DNA from: Eledone cirrhosa
Taxonomy: Eukaryota
Reading direction: 5' to 3'
Length of the DNA stretch: 64,000 nt
Assembly: GCA_964016885.1 (NCBI GenBank)
Contig: OZ024741.1
Span: forward strand, 103,664,001-103,728,000
The notes below the pieces were generated by a model. It searched no databases, was not told where the DNA came from, and saw only the letters and a list, made by a program, of their open reading frames with translations. This document shows positions 50,498-64,000 of this stretch, piece by piece. The position numbers and the translations under genes are program-made. Position 1 is the first letter of the stretch, and the number at the start of each line of letters is the position of its first letter.

Positions 50498-52597
50498 ATA
50501 TTTCTGTATTTGCCACAAGGGCGCACAAGAAAAGGGGACAATACAAAGACACATGCCGGGGATTTTACATACAGTCGTGTAAAAATATTGAAACAAACAA
50601 TTATAACAATCGAAATCCCCAATAGGGGAGAAGCGCCACAAATGGGTTGTTTAATAACCGTCGACAAAACAACCCTCAACTTCAGGAGCGTGTTGTGCAA
50701 GTGCTCCCTTCTTCCTTTTGCTCTCTTCTTTAACCTACAGGTTTATAAACAGAGAAGGCCCAAACACACGGGCCATTTTCGCTTCATTCACCCACCTTTC
50801 AGTAAATTTACTGGGGTGCAGTGCCTCTCTCTCCACTCTGACTCTCCTTCTAAAGTGATACTTAAAGAAGGGAATCAATTGTTGTCCGGAGAGAAAGGCA
50901 TCTGTCCTCAGTCCTCTCAATCTCGTCCACCATATAACCTCTTTCACCATAGCCACTGTACAGAGGAAAACCGCCTCTCTTTCGTTTTTGAAAGAGGCTG
51001 GCGGTTTGATCCTTACTATGGACTCGGCAGTCAACTGGATTTGTCCCATGCGTGACAGCAATTGTTCTGCATAGTTCCACAGGTCGCTTACGCCCGGGCA
51101 ATGTACAATTGCGTGCAAGACGGTTTCAATGTCCTGCTCGCATCTTGGACACGTCCTCTTGGAAGGATCCCTGCCGGGGCGTCCGTGTCTCAAGATCTTA
51201 TCTCGAACAGGTAGAGCTCCTCGGTAGCACTGCCAGGCCAGGTACCTCTGGAAGTTGTCCATAGGTCCCGGGCGGAAAGTCCTATCGAACAGACTGGTGA
51301 GCTCGTCGTCTTCGACGCCTAGAGTCTCCCCGAGCACGTCGTCGCACTTGTAAATTACTAACCCTCTATAGAATGTTGAAGTGGAGTCTCCACTGATTGC
51401 TGTGCCCGCTTGACAGAGGACTGTGAGCGCCTGGGCGCATTCAATGTGCCAGGCGCCCATCTTCTTCGAGCTTCGCTTCACCCAGGACTGCAGCTCCGTC
51501 AGCGAGACAAGTTGTGGGAAGGCCTGTCACACAAACGGTGCCCACACCGGTTGGTCGGTGAGGAATACCTGGAGATGCCGTAGCCTCAGCGCATGTTTGC
51601 GCATCATTAGCCACGGCATGCCCAGCCCTCCGTTGGAAAGGTGTTGACAGCAGACGGATCTCCTCACCAGTGGAGCCTGCTTCTTCCACAGGAACTGGAA
51701 GAGCATGCGTTCCATCTTGGTGAGGTATTCACGGGGACAAGGCACGACAGTCAAGCGGTAGTAGATGACGGACGCTATGAAAGTGTTCGCCACCTCCGCT
51801 CGACCTTTCAAAGACAGTTTACACTCTGCCCACTTCTGGGTGAGCGCAAATACCTTGGCCATGACCTCGTTCCAGTTTTTCTCCATCTGGAGGTCTGGAC
51901 CGAACCAGACCCCGAGCAATTTCACCGGTCCTTCCGTCCAGCGTCCGACGACGCTGTCGGACGGCATCGGTTTGCCTCTCCACGTTCCGAGTTTCAAACC
52001 GACAGACTTGTTCGGGTTCAGTTTTGCTCCTGTGAACCTTTTGTATTCCTGTAGTAGGTTGCTCATTACCTTTATTTCCGAGGTTTTCGACACCATTACC
52101 GTCACGTCGTCGGCATGAGCCGACGCTGCTTTTCGCAGTCCCGGTTCTAAAGGGATGCCCTGCAAAAGCTCCAACTTCCGCAGTAGTGACTCTAGAGTCA
52201 ATACGTACAGAATGGGGGAGAGAGGGCATCCCTGTCGAATGGAACGCGTGATTACGAACGGCTCCGATAGGTAGCCGTTCACCTTGACCCTCGAGCAGAT
52301 GCTGGTGTGCATCGCCTTGATCCAGCCCCTGAAAACGGGCCCAAAACCGGCCGCCTTGAGAACCGCTTCCAAGTATCGATGGTCGACTCTATCGAATGCC
52401 TTAGACTGATCTAAATTGATCAGAGACCCACCGAAGCCGGGTTTACACCCCACCCTCTCTATGATGTATCGCATGAGGTGGAGGTTGTCGTGTATGGACC
52501 TGGTCGGGATTGCACATATTTGCGCTTTCCCTACCAGGTTTTCGACGACAAGCGCCCACCTCGTTGCTAGCACCTTGGCCAAAATCTTTAACTCTGT
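50498..52597 (-). mobile_element. 5'-truncated Tx1/L1-clade LINE (copy 3)
   Basis: ORFs 51527-52582 and 50735-51481 with RQGCPLSP and HADD. (GATA)n on both sides. Confidence 0.92.
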
Positions 52598-53577
52598 ATA
52601 GATAGATAGATAGATTCATATAGATATACGACGGGCTTCTAAACAGTTTCCGTCTTTCAAATTTCCGTTTCACATTAGTCAACACAAAGCAATAGTAGAT
52701 GTGTTGCATAATGTCCCACTCAGTGGGACTGAAGCCTAGACTAGGTGGTTGAGACCAGAACCACTACAACATCAACAAATCAGACTAACACCAACCACCA
52801 TCTCTACCACTTCTTTCACTTCAACACACGAACACGTCAACACGCGAACACCTCCATAACCACGAATATCACTACCATTAATAAAACCAACAACACAATA
52901 CCATCAATACCATTACTATCACCACTTTGACCAGTAGCACCACTGTCCATCAAACTAACGCTAACCACCACCACCACCACAACAACAAATGTAAAGTCCA
53001 GCTGGTGGGGGTGTTAAATGGTGTGATGGAATTGGGTCGGAGAGAGGCGTGGGGATAGGTAGGCAGACAGACTGTGTGTGTAGGAAAGAAAGAGGAGCAA
53101 ATTTCTTGTAATGAAGACAAAAGAGGCAAATGTTTGTCTGGGAGAGAGGTTTAAGGATAAGACAACAGTGAGGGCGAGGCAGGGGAAGGGGAAATGATTG
53201 AGAAAAATGGTGACATTAATTGATAGTAACATAGAGAGAGGGGGGTATTAGTGGGCGGAAGAGAAGAAGGATGAGGTTGAGACGATAAAGATGTGCCAAT
53301 AAGATAGCCTACGAAGATGAAGATGACGAGAAGCAGAAGGGGATCCAATGTTAAAATAAGTTGTCTCTACTTGTTTTGTTATGTCCCAACGTGTACTGGA
53401 ATGCACCGAAACAGTAGTGATTTCCAGAGGTTATCTAGGGAGATGGGACTATCCGTCTTTCTTTTGTTTTCCCATTGTCTTTGCCCTGTGTGCCTTCTAT
53501 TTTGAATGTATATTCTAAAGACATAATCAGGCGGGCTTTTTTTAAAAACTCTCATGTAATAGACATCACACCGCCCG

Positions 53578-53760
53578 ACCTAAAAATAGCGAAGGCCCAT
53601 TTTATTAGGAAGCGGGTGCCTACCCTAAACCATCAGAGTGACTTGGACATATGGAAACACCTATACACAAATAACAAATTTGCCAAGCAAAGAATTAGAT
53701 TTATATAGTCTGAAGAAGGATTATAAAATCCGATAGCGCTCACTATCAAGTGAACAATAC
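53578..53760 (+). mobile_element. Extreme 3' end of a second PLE: GIY-YIG C-terminus plus variant hammerhead (53705-53746)
   Basis: LKIAKAHFIRKRVPTLNHQ; ATAGT-CTGAAGA-A-GGATT ATAA AATCC-GATA-GCGC-TC-ACTAT. Confidence 0.65.
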
Positions 53761-54109
53761 ATACTAACCCAAAACAAGGCTAGCAGACTGTAGCCGCGTA
53801 ACTATTCATGGTAACTATACTAACAATAATACTAACACTAATCCTAATTCTAACTCTAACCCTAATTTTAGATCTCACACACTCAACTTTCTACATATTT
53901 CTACACCTCTATCTTCGTCTAAACGAACTATGAAATACAAAACTTATACCGTTTTTAAGCCAGTTTTATCTCGTCTATTGTATTTTATTACATTCTAGCT
54001 TCTCCCTATAGCTTATTCTTCTTACCTTGCCTTGGACCGTACACACTACGGAAAAACTACACAATCCATTATACATAATTATATACAATCAAAGTAAGAC
54101 AGTGAATAA

Positions 54110-54315
54110 CAATGGCTTCTAATTTAGATACAAGGCCAGCAATTTGTGGGGAGTGAAAAGTCAATTAAATCGACTTCATTACTTTATTCTATCAGCCCCT
54201 TGGAGTATGAAAGGCAAATTTGACGTTGGTTAGATTCGAACTCAGAACGTAAGGAGCAATAATAAATACTACAACGCATTAGTTCCGATGTTCTAACGTT
54301 TCAGCCAAACCACCA
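54110..54315 (-). mobile_element. Degenerate Meta-domain-like SINE
   Basis: Similarity to 12840-13262. Confidence 0.6.
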
Positions 54316-55324
54316 GGAGGTGAATAATTATATATAGGCTTTTATGGATAATCACTTTCTAATTTTTAGTCAACCTAGTACAAACAAACAAACATTCACT
54401 AATATAATGGATTTTATGACAATTGTAGTTATTACTAAGTACACTGGCCAACAGATTCAACTTTATTTATCCACCGGATATGAAATTAATTTTTTCAATG
54501 TATTTTTTATGTTGATTTCAAATATTCCTGTAATTTTTCTTTGGCACGTCTGATGTTTGAAACTTCTTTCTCTTTCGACAACGATAAAGCTCCAAAATCA
54601 TTCAAACATTCTTGGGTAAATAACTTCCGCCGCCCTCAAATGTTCCTCAAGGCGTGGGCTCACTGGGCAGTTGCCGGAAGAACATGGATTTAGGGTACTA
54701 ATTTTTATGCCAGGAAGTGCACCAGGTATAGGTCCCTAATGCTATGATGCTATGTTGTATATAGTGACCTGAGTGCATTGCTTTGCCTCCGGGGCTATAA
54801 TTCTGTTAAGACGGCCCTGTTTGTATAACGATCACTTTATTTCCGAAGACGACCCATGAGAAGACTGGTTGGTCATGGCTGGAATTTCATAGGTCTAATC
54901 TATCAGAGTTCACCTAGGCTAAACAACACCAACAACTTCATTGTAAAATAAATAATTAAATAAAAGCCAGAGGAAGGGGTATTCCTCTACTTTGCTGACC
55001 ACTAAAAAAAATACCACCGCTGCCGCCACTGACACCACCACCACCATCACCATCACCACCACTACCACAGACAACAACAGCAGCAGCACATATGTCTTAT
55101 ACCCCTCATCTATGGAGACAGTTTACACATGCATCCAGCGGGGGTCAACTTCAAATGACGGACATAATCAACACACAGGGCACTGCTGGACATAATGAAT
55201 AGACATTAGGATGTGATGGATGGAATTTTAACGCCAAGGTTCAAGCCTACTATCTGTGCCATTGATCTGTTGAAGAAAAAACAATAAATCAACCGATTGC
55301 CACCATTATTATTAGGACAACGAG

Positions 55325-55965
55325 GACGGTGGGTTGGCAGAATCGTTAGTGTGTCGGATGAAATGCATTGATGTATTTTGTTATGGCCCTCTACGTCTTG
55401 GTTTCAAATCTTACGAAGATCAGCTTTGTCTTTCATCCTTCCGGGGTCAATAAAATAAAGTACCAATAAAGTAATGTGGTCGATTTAATCTAAATTCCCT
55501 CCCACAAACTATTACTGGCTTTGTGCCCAAAGTATAATATGGTCGATTTAATTGACTTCCCCTCCCCTTCAAATTGCTGACCTTGTGCCCAAAGTAGAAA
55601 TCATTATTATTAGCACAGTTACGTCCCTTTACGGATTGCGTTCAAATCCCGCCGAGGTTAACTTTGCCTTTCATCCTTACGGAGTCGATAAAATAAAGTA
55701 CCAGTAATACACTGGTATAATTGCTGGCCTTGTGCCAAAAGTAGAAACAATTATTATTAGAACAAGGGCGGTGGATTGGCAGTATCGGTAGAGGGTCGGA
55801 CGCCATGCTTTGCAGCACAGAGTTACGGCCCTTTATGATCTGAGTTCAAATCTCGCCGAGGTTAACTTTACCTTTCATCCTTACGGGGTTGATAAAATAA
55901 AGTCCCAGTAATGCACTGGGATAATTGCTGGCCTTGTGCCAAAAGTAGAAACAATTATTATTAAA
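55325..55965 (+). mobile_element. Three tandem Meta-domain-like SINEs; a further copy at 56927-57095
   Basis: Repeated central domain and (TTA) tails. Confidence 0.8.
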
Positions 55966-56409
55966 ACAATTGGAAGAAGGCACTTGCCTTATTGGTCAGC
56001 ATGACCATGGCTTTTCTTTCCACGAATACCCCTCACAGGTCTCCTCACTATTGGTGACTTTTTTTTGTTTCATTTTTATCGTTACTCAATTTGTTTTTGT
56101 TTTCCTTATTTCTCCTATCACTCGTTTTCATGTAAACTGTACCGTATTTATAGCTTAATGTGTTTTTTGTGGGGTTTGTTTTTGTAAATTATTTGTACTT
56201 AAACAAATCAATCAATATTATTGTTATTATTATTATTCCTCACTGTTATTTGAAACTTCCTTTGGATTCTGCTTCTTTCCCAAATCATGCCAAATGTCAC
56301 CCTGACACACGACGCAAAATTTGATAATACACACATTTTACAATCAATTGTCATACAAATGATGCCACAAGGGCACAAAAAAGAGTAAATTTCTTTGAAA
56401 GGTTTTTAA

Positions 56410-56875
56410 ATTGATAATGTCCTTCTCAAGACATGGATGGACTGTGCCAGTCAGCACTATTTTCTGTATCTCTTGCAGTGATGGTTTCCCAGGTGTCCGT
56501 CCAAATATTTTCCAGTTCCCTTTTTTATCATTCCATGTGCACCGACTATCACTGATATTGTACAGGCCATAAGATGTCACATTTTCTCAATTTCAGTTGT
56601 TAGATTTTTATACTTACTGAGCTTTCCAAAATCTTTCGAGGAAATGATAGGAACTGATGGAATGTCAATTAAGAAACATGTTTTATCTTTACGGTCCTTC
56701 ACAATTATATCATGTCTGTTGGCCTTGGTTGTTCTGTTAGTGTTCACGGGGAAATCCTATAAGATTGTCACGTTCTCACCTCCTGTTACAGCACCTGGGT
56801 GATGGTTGTACCATTTTCCCTCCGTTTTCAAACCATAGAACCTGCACATTATCCAGTGTAGGTATTGCCCCATAT
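56410..56875 (-). pseudogene. R4/Dong-like RLE-LINE 3' fragment
   Basis: YLHWIMCRFYGL..KWYNHHP..ENVTIL*DFPV..ANRHDIIVKD..LQEIQKIVLTGT. Confidence 0.8.
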
Positions 56876-57311
56876 TAGGTTCTACGGAGAACATACTGCC
56901 TATGCAGTGATTTTTGCTCCCATATAGGCGGTGGATTAGCAGTATCGGTAGAGCGTCGGACGCCATGCTTTGTAACACAGAGTTATGGCCCTTTACATTT
57001 TGAGTTCAAATCCCGCCGAGGTTAACTTTGCCTTTTATCCCAGTAATGCACTGAGGTAATTGCTGGCCTTGTGCTAAAAGTAGACACAATTATTAATAAT
57101 AATATTATTATTCATTTATTATGTTATTTAAACGGTAATATTAATTGACAATCGGCTATGTTTGTACAGACACCAACCTCTAAAATAAAATATTCGTCTA
57201 TATATATATGTAAGCATGTATGGGTGTATGTGTGTATGTGTGTGCTTTTGTACAACAACCTTAGATACATACTTGTATACATCTCTCTCTCTATATATAT
57301 ATATATATACA

Positions 57312-57367
<56 letters not shown>

Positions 57368-57859
57368 TTTTTTAAAGGCTAAATAGTGAGTCTTGTTACT
57401 GTGGAAGTCGCCTGTTTATCACAGGCTCATGTATATATATATCCCCCAACTCTCACATTCACATACACACCTACACCCATACACAAACACCACCTTCAGC
57501 CCTCCCCGCTCGGACCACCCGCCCCTCTCTCCTCTCCAGACCCCCTCCACCCACCCCCACCCCTTACACGCCTCACACCCTTTCACCCCTTGTTTATTTT
57601 TGTTTTTATTTTTATATTTTTTTGTACTTTTAAAAAAATTTCCTTCACTCTTTAAAAATTGTTCCCCCCCCCCTTTTTTTTAAATGTCTTTCCACCACTC
57701 CCCCACACACCCTCGGAACTCTCTTCCTACCCCACTGTTCTCCTGATGAAGGGCTTATGCCCAAAACGTCGTCCCCCACCCCCCACTCTCAAGCATGAAA
57801 CTAAAACCATACCATTTGTACTGCCTCTCTGTTTTTTGTTCCCTGTTCATTTATTGAAC

Positions 57860-57900
<41 letters not shown>

Positions 57901-57903
<3 letters not shown>

Positions 57904-58235
57904 GGCGCATGGCTTAGTGGTTAGAGCATTGGGCTTGCAATCGTGAGGTTATGAGTTCGATTCCCGGACCCGGTGGTGCGTTGTGTCCTTGAGCAAGACA
58001 CTTTATTTCACCTACCTTCCAGTTTACTCAGGTGTCGGAATGTATTGTAACGTCGCTGGTGCTAAGCTGTATCGGCCATTGCCTTTCCCTTGGACAATAT
58101 CCGTGGTGTGGAGAGGAGTGACCGGTGTGCATGGGCGACTGTTGGTCTTCCACAAACAGACCTTGCTCAGGCTTGTGCCTCGAGGAGAACTTTCTAAGTA
58201 CAAAACTATAGTCATTCGTGATCGAAGGCGGCCTA
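57901..58235 (+). mobile_element. Full tRNA-derived SINE with CORE-like domain
   Basis: A box TGGCTTAGTGG, B box GAGTTCGATTC, GTGTCCTTGAGCAAGACACTT. Confidence 0.82.
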
Positions 58236-58574
58236 CTATATATATATAGAGAGAGAGGGGGGTAGAACACGGGAAGGTAATATCCGTAGTGGTAGAGCAC
58301 TCAGTCCATGGGACGAGTTAGGTAGAAGTAGTAACACAACAGTTAGTTCACCATACCGAGAACAATTGTTTGACCTTAGCGGATCTTCAGCTCGAAACTA
58401 TTATGTTTCAAAAGATCCCGTTAAGGGTGAAAGCGGCGATTCTTTGCTGAAACTTTAATCTGTTATTTTAATAAATATTTGCTCTAGGCTTCTTATATAT
58501 TTGATATATATTTATCCTCATCGAGCCCTCTTTGGATTTTAGTCTTCACATTTATTATTATCACTATTATTATT

Positions 58575-61500
58575 GATCTGTTCGGACGTCCTTTTTGCTC
58601 GCTCCCAGTAAGTCGCTTTATTTGCCTGTTAAAATTATTTATTGTTAATTTTTTCTTGTTGTGTAAGGGATATAAGCCCTTGGACTCTGCCCTCTGAAGG
58701 GGAAAGTATAATATTTGGGCCTTTTGGCCCAAATATTTGAACATATTACTTTTGAAAATTTAAAAAGAAAACAAAAAAAAAAAATGGCTGAGACCCCCCC
58801 CCCCCCCCCCCCCCCAGCAATAGGTCTGCTGTCGTGTGACAACGGCGTAAAAGTTGAGAGGAGGGTTAGTGAAATTCATACAACAGACACAACCACAACC
58901 AACGTGAACGAAGACAACACTGAGACCAGTAACTTGGAAAATATTACCACACCAACTACAACAATAACACCGTCAACCAAAATACAGACAACAGAAAAAA
59001 ATGACAACAAATGCAACAACGATATTAACACCACTAACAAGAAAATAAATAGCGACAACACCAACAGCAACAATACAAATTGCACCGAAAACAACAACAA
59101 CGGTGGCACCAAAAATACAAGTAACTACAACAGTGATAACAGCAACAACACCAACAACACCGTTTGTAGCAGTAGCAACAGCAACAACACCAGCAACAAG
59201 ACCAGTAGCAGCAGTAGTGGCAACAATAATGAATGATGCCGCTGAAAAAGGGGCCACTTCTTTCGCAGTTGTGGCCCGAAATATAGAGACTGTGCTAGTC
59301 ACAGAGAAGGAGATGGCAGTCGCAAGAGCCATGATGTCGAGAAACGACAATAGAGTTTCCCTGAAACCTCCACCCGATTTCTTCAAAGACCAGCAGCTGC
59401 GCACGGTGACTACCGCACCGTAAGCAAAATCAAACATCGGGTGGAGAGAGCCACGGAGGCTCAAATCCAAAAGGCCTTGGGTGTGTCTTGCGCGCAAAAC
59501 CCACATCACCCGAGGCAAAAAGTACGCCACAGTAGACGTACTTTTCGCCACACCTCAAGAGGCGAAGTCTCACTCTTTGGAAACCCTAAAGAGTGAGGAG
59601 ATAGTCTTGGTGCCCTCCTACTGCGGGCATAAAATTGAGAGGGTCAAAGTGACCCAGGTCCCGTCCGACGTGCCATACCTTGGCTGGCCGCGTCTGTACT
59701 GGCTGGAATCGAGGAAAAGACCACCATACTGCAAATACAGAGAATGGGAAGAGAGTACTGGTCAGAAATAGGCATGCAAATGCTAATACAGACTGACCAG
59801 GAGTGCATCGAGGCCATTCCAGACATCATAGACCTCGAAGAAGGGCTCCAACTCCCTATAAGCGTGGAAAGAAGGCGCCCAAAGTGCTATCTCTGTGGGC
59901 TGAAGGGTCGCCTCAGGACCTTCTGCCCGCAGAAGACAGCCAAGAAGAGGGTCCCCTCCTTCCGACGCCTGATCCACTGCTACCAAGAGAGGGCAGGCAA
60001 CAGAGGCAGAAGACCCTTCTATGGTGAGTAGGAGGACAACGTCCATGGCACCCATACAAAGGCCACGGACAACTAAAGCAGCGGCAGCAGTGGCGGCAAC
60101 ACCAACAGTCGCAGTAGCTATGGAAGTGGCAAACGGTCTGCCACAAAAAAAAAGAAAAAAAACGCTTAGCTTCACCCTCCAAAAGCGAAGGCAGACAAAG
60201 AGGAGTAAAGGCTGCAAGGAGACTTGCAGCAACACCACCACCAACAACAACCACACCACCACCAGCATCACCAAAAACACCAACAACGCAAACACAATAA
60301 AACACACACACCCAACAGCAACAAGAAAACAGCAACAAAATCGCCCCTCCCTCCAAAAAGTACACAGTCATAAACATGGCAAATAAAGAACTCTTACAAC
60401 ATATAAAGCAGCACACAGACATCACAGAAAAAAACTACTACACCCCACCAACACCAAGAACTCTCCCGACAAACATAAGGATCATTGAAATCAAAATAGA
60501 ACATTACAAACTTTTAAAACAAAAATTCCCCAACGCTGTTGGAGACTTCAGAGGGTCGGTTACCAAGAGGATATACACTGACGTCCTCTTGGAAACACAC
60601 ATGACCAGCCAAAGGAACGGTTCTATTGTCCCTTCACCACACGATCAAGGTAAGTGATCCTTTCTCACTTACCCCGTTTCTCATACAACATGAATAGGCA
60701 GTATAAATGTATGTGGCCTAGGGTCATCTTGGAAGCAGGGTCACCTGCTCAACGACCTCATGTCACTAAACATAGATGTGGTGGCCATCAGCGAGACCAG
60801 AATCTCCGAATCACGAGCCTTCGCACCGATCTTCGGCGGCTACGATGTATACGCATCTCCCAGCCGTCCAGGATCGGGGGGAGGGGTTGCCGTGCTTTTT
60901 CGGAGAGGCTTGGATCTCGCCATACGGGCCATCTTCCTGGACCCAGAAGGTAAGTCAATGGTGGTGGACGTGACCGGCAGCGAAGGCAATGCTTTCAGGC
61001 TAGTAGCCGTCTACGCCCCAACAGGGGCAGGACGGCCAGATTTCTTCAGACGTCTAGAGACCTTTCTTGGAACGTCTCGCTCTTTAGTGTTAGTGGGAGA
61101 CTGGAACGGTATCTTAGATACACGCTGGGATTATGTGGGGCTAGTAGACAGGGCAGGAGGGTGTAAAAGTCTCAACAACCTGCTCAGACGTTTTGAACTG
61201 TCTGACAAGTATAGACTGCATTATCCGAATGTGCCAATGTGGACATGGGCAAACCGCATCGGGTCATCCAGATGGTATTAGGATAGGGTGTTCTGTAGGG
61301 AAACAGATAAGGCTAGTGTAGGTTGTCCACAATTTAAAGTAGTCGACTACACTGACCACAAATTTGTGATCTGTCAAGTTGACTTACATAGACTCCATAG
61401 GCAAGGGCCCGGCTACTGGAAGCTGAACGCGTCGTTCCCGGCGCTCAAAGCTTACAGAGACCGGATTAGCGAATTAGTTAAGCGTGCGTTGACGGGTGCG

Positions 61501-64000
61501 ATCGTCAACAACAGATGGTGGTTTACCCTGAAAAGGGCTATTAGAGTAGAATCGATAAGGTTTAGCAAAGGAGTAGTGATAGAGGAAAATGGAGTAGAGG
61601 GAGAGTTAGTTAGAAAGCTAGAAGAGGCGTTTAGGACAGGCATCGCAACCGACGTGCTTGCGGCGAGATTGGCACTCGACCAATTCTTCGACGCAAAGCA
61701 TGAAGGCTGCGTTGTCAGAACTAGAGCGCGTGCTCTAAGACACGAGGGGACGAAAGCCGTTCAATGGGCCCGGGTGGTGGAGGCGCGACGTGACAACAGA
61801 TCCACAATTCGGTCTTTGCCTGATCAAAACGGGCGCATGTTGCTCGAAACCGAGCAGATGTGTGCGGCTTTTCAACAGCACTTTGCTCAATTGTTCGGGA
61901 GCGGCGGCGAGCCGGATCGGAGTAAAGATTTCGATGCATACCTCGACGGACTGCTGCGGCTCTCGACGACCGCAGAGCAGTGCTGCGAAAAGCCGATAAC
62001 AGCAGGTGAAATACAGGAAGCGATGTCTGACTGCACGAAGGGTAAATCGCCAGGTTTGGATGGTCTGCCCTACGAGCTTTATTCGTATATGCCAGACTAT
62101 GCCAGACTTGTTCGGCGACCTCTTGGCAGATGTCTACTGCAACTGGCAGCAGAACGGGAGCATTCCCAGTTTTGTGAGTCGGGGAGCGGTGGCACTGCTG
62201 AGAAAAGACCCGAACAAGGGGGGTGTTATAGACAACTTCAGGCCCATAACTCTGCTAAACGCAGAATTTAAGATTTTGGCCAAGGTATTAGCAAAGAGAT
62301 TGGCGCTTGTCGTCGGTTATCTGGTGGGAGAGGCGCAAACATGCGCCATTCCGGACAGATCCATCCACGACAACCTCCATCTCATGCGATACATCACAGA
62401 GAGAGTGGTTAAGGAACCTGGCACGGGTGGGGACCTGATCAACTTGGATCAATCTAAAGGATTTGATAGGGTCGACCATCGGTACCTGGCTGCGGTCCTC
62501 GAGGCGGCCGGCTTCGGGCCCGTTTTTAGGGGCTGGATCGCTGCGATGCACAGCGACATCTGCTCAATTGTGAGGGTGAATGGTCACCTGTCGCAGCCTT
62601 TCAGCAACGTGCACTCGGTCCGCCAGAGTTTCCCCCTCTCGTCCCTCTTGTACGTACTGGCCCTAGAGCCGTTACTACACAAATTGGAAACGATGAGAGG
62701 GATCCCACGCGAACTGGGATGCGGGAGATCCGAATCAGCTTACGCCGACGACGTCACCGTGGTAGTGTCGAGCACAAAACACGCTCGGCACCGCTCTCAA
62801 GGAATACAACGCGGTGACAGGACCAAAGATCAACCAGGAAAAGTCGGTGGGCTTGCAACTCGGCACCTGGAGAGGCAAGTCCATGCCGTCCGACAGCGTC
62901 GTGCTGCGCTGGGCGGAAGGACCGGTTAAATTGCTTGGGGTCTGGTTCGGTCCAGACCTCCAGATGGAGAAAAACTGGAGCGAGGTGACGAGCTGGGTGG
63001 TGTCTCTCACCCAGAAATGGGCAGAGAGGAGGCTGTCTCTGAAAGGTTGGGCGGAGATGGCGAATGCGTACATAGCGTCCGTCATCTGCTACCGCCTGAC
63101 CGTCGTACCTTTCTCCCGCCCAGCTCTGACCAAAATGGAGCGCCTTCTCTTCCGCTTTTTGTGGAAGGGACGTGCTTCCATGGTCAGACGATCCATTTGC
63201 TGTCAACACCCGTTGCGTGGACTAGGCATGCCGTGGCTGATGATACGCAAACATGCGCTGAGGCTGCGACATCTCTGGTGCTTCCTTGACGGTGAACAGG
63301 TGTGGTCGCCGCTTGCCAGACGCGCTTTCCCCAACTCATCTCCTTGACGGAGCTGCAGGCCTGGATCAGGAAAAGACAGAGGGATAGCGCTTGGAAGCTC
63401 GAATGTCTCCACGCGCTCACCGCCCTCTACCAGCTGGGCACTAGTATCGGTTGAACATCCACCTCGGCGTTCTATAGAGGGCTAGTGGAGGCGAAGAGCG
63501 ACGACGTTCTCGGGGAAATCCTGGGCGTCGAAGACGATCAGCTGTTCGCTCTCTTCAAGAGAACTTTCAGACCGGGGCCTATAGACAATTTCCAGAAATC
63601 CCTGGCCTGGCAGTGCTACCGGGAAGCGTTGCCGGTTCGGGATAAGCGTTACAGGCACGGAGGTGCTGTCAGCCAAGCCTGTCCGAGATGCACGCATGGC
63701 GACGAAACCGTCCTGCATGCACTCGTTCAGTGCCCGAAGATTGCTGACTTGTGGAGCTATATCAAACAGCTGCTGTCACGTGTAGGACGGATCCGGTTAT
63801 CGACTGAGTCCATTGTGCAGATAGCCCCGCCATCCTCCTTTAAAGAGGAGGAAGGGCAGGCAGTTTTCATCTGCCTGGTGGCCATTGCAAAAGAGATTGT
63901 GTGGTGGACAAGGCTGAAAGGGTTGAAGACGGACACTTTCCTCTTCGACCAATTCCTGATTAACTTTTTCAAGTTTCACTTGAAAAGGAAAATCAGGATG
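58575..64000 (+). mobile_element. Divergent Tx1/L1-clade LINE (copy 4), runs off the window
   Basis: ORF1 pieces 58784-60657 with degenerate knuckle CYLCGLKGRLRTFC; ORF2 from ~60690 with ISET, GDWN, YTDHK, FRPITLLN, YADD. Confidence 0.92.

Overview
Repeat-dense, gene-free animal DNA. The SINE types and (TA)n/(CA)n/(GATA)n load suggest a cephalopod such as Octopus, which is inference only. No host protein-coding gene is supportable, and most ORFs in the track are microsatellite translations. Contents: four decayed Tx1/L1-clade LINE copies, a 5'-truncated Neptune-type Penelope-like element (PLE), fragments of Helitron, R4/Dong, RTE, CR1 and mariner elements, and tRNA-derived SINEs. The main signal is non-coding. 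A ~5.7 kb, almost perfectly homogeneous array of a 310-bp unit (23311-29027) switches orientation once. Every full unit carries a minimal type I hammerhead ribozyme with a palindromic (dimer-type) stem III, inside a highly structured monomer that could fold as a circle. This looks like a retrozyme/circRNA-like element fixed as a rolling-circle concatemer. In addition, roughly ten sequence-distinct hammerhead-bearing mini-element types are scattered through the window, mostly in (TA)n and often as fold-back inverted pairs. All folds were paired by eye and none was computed.
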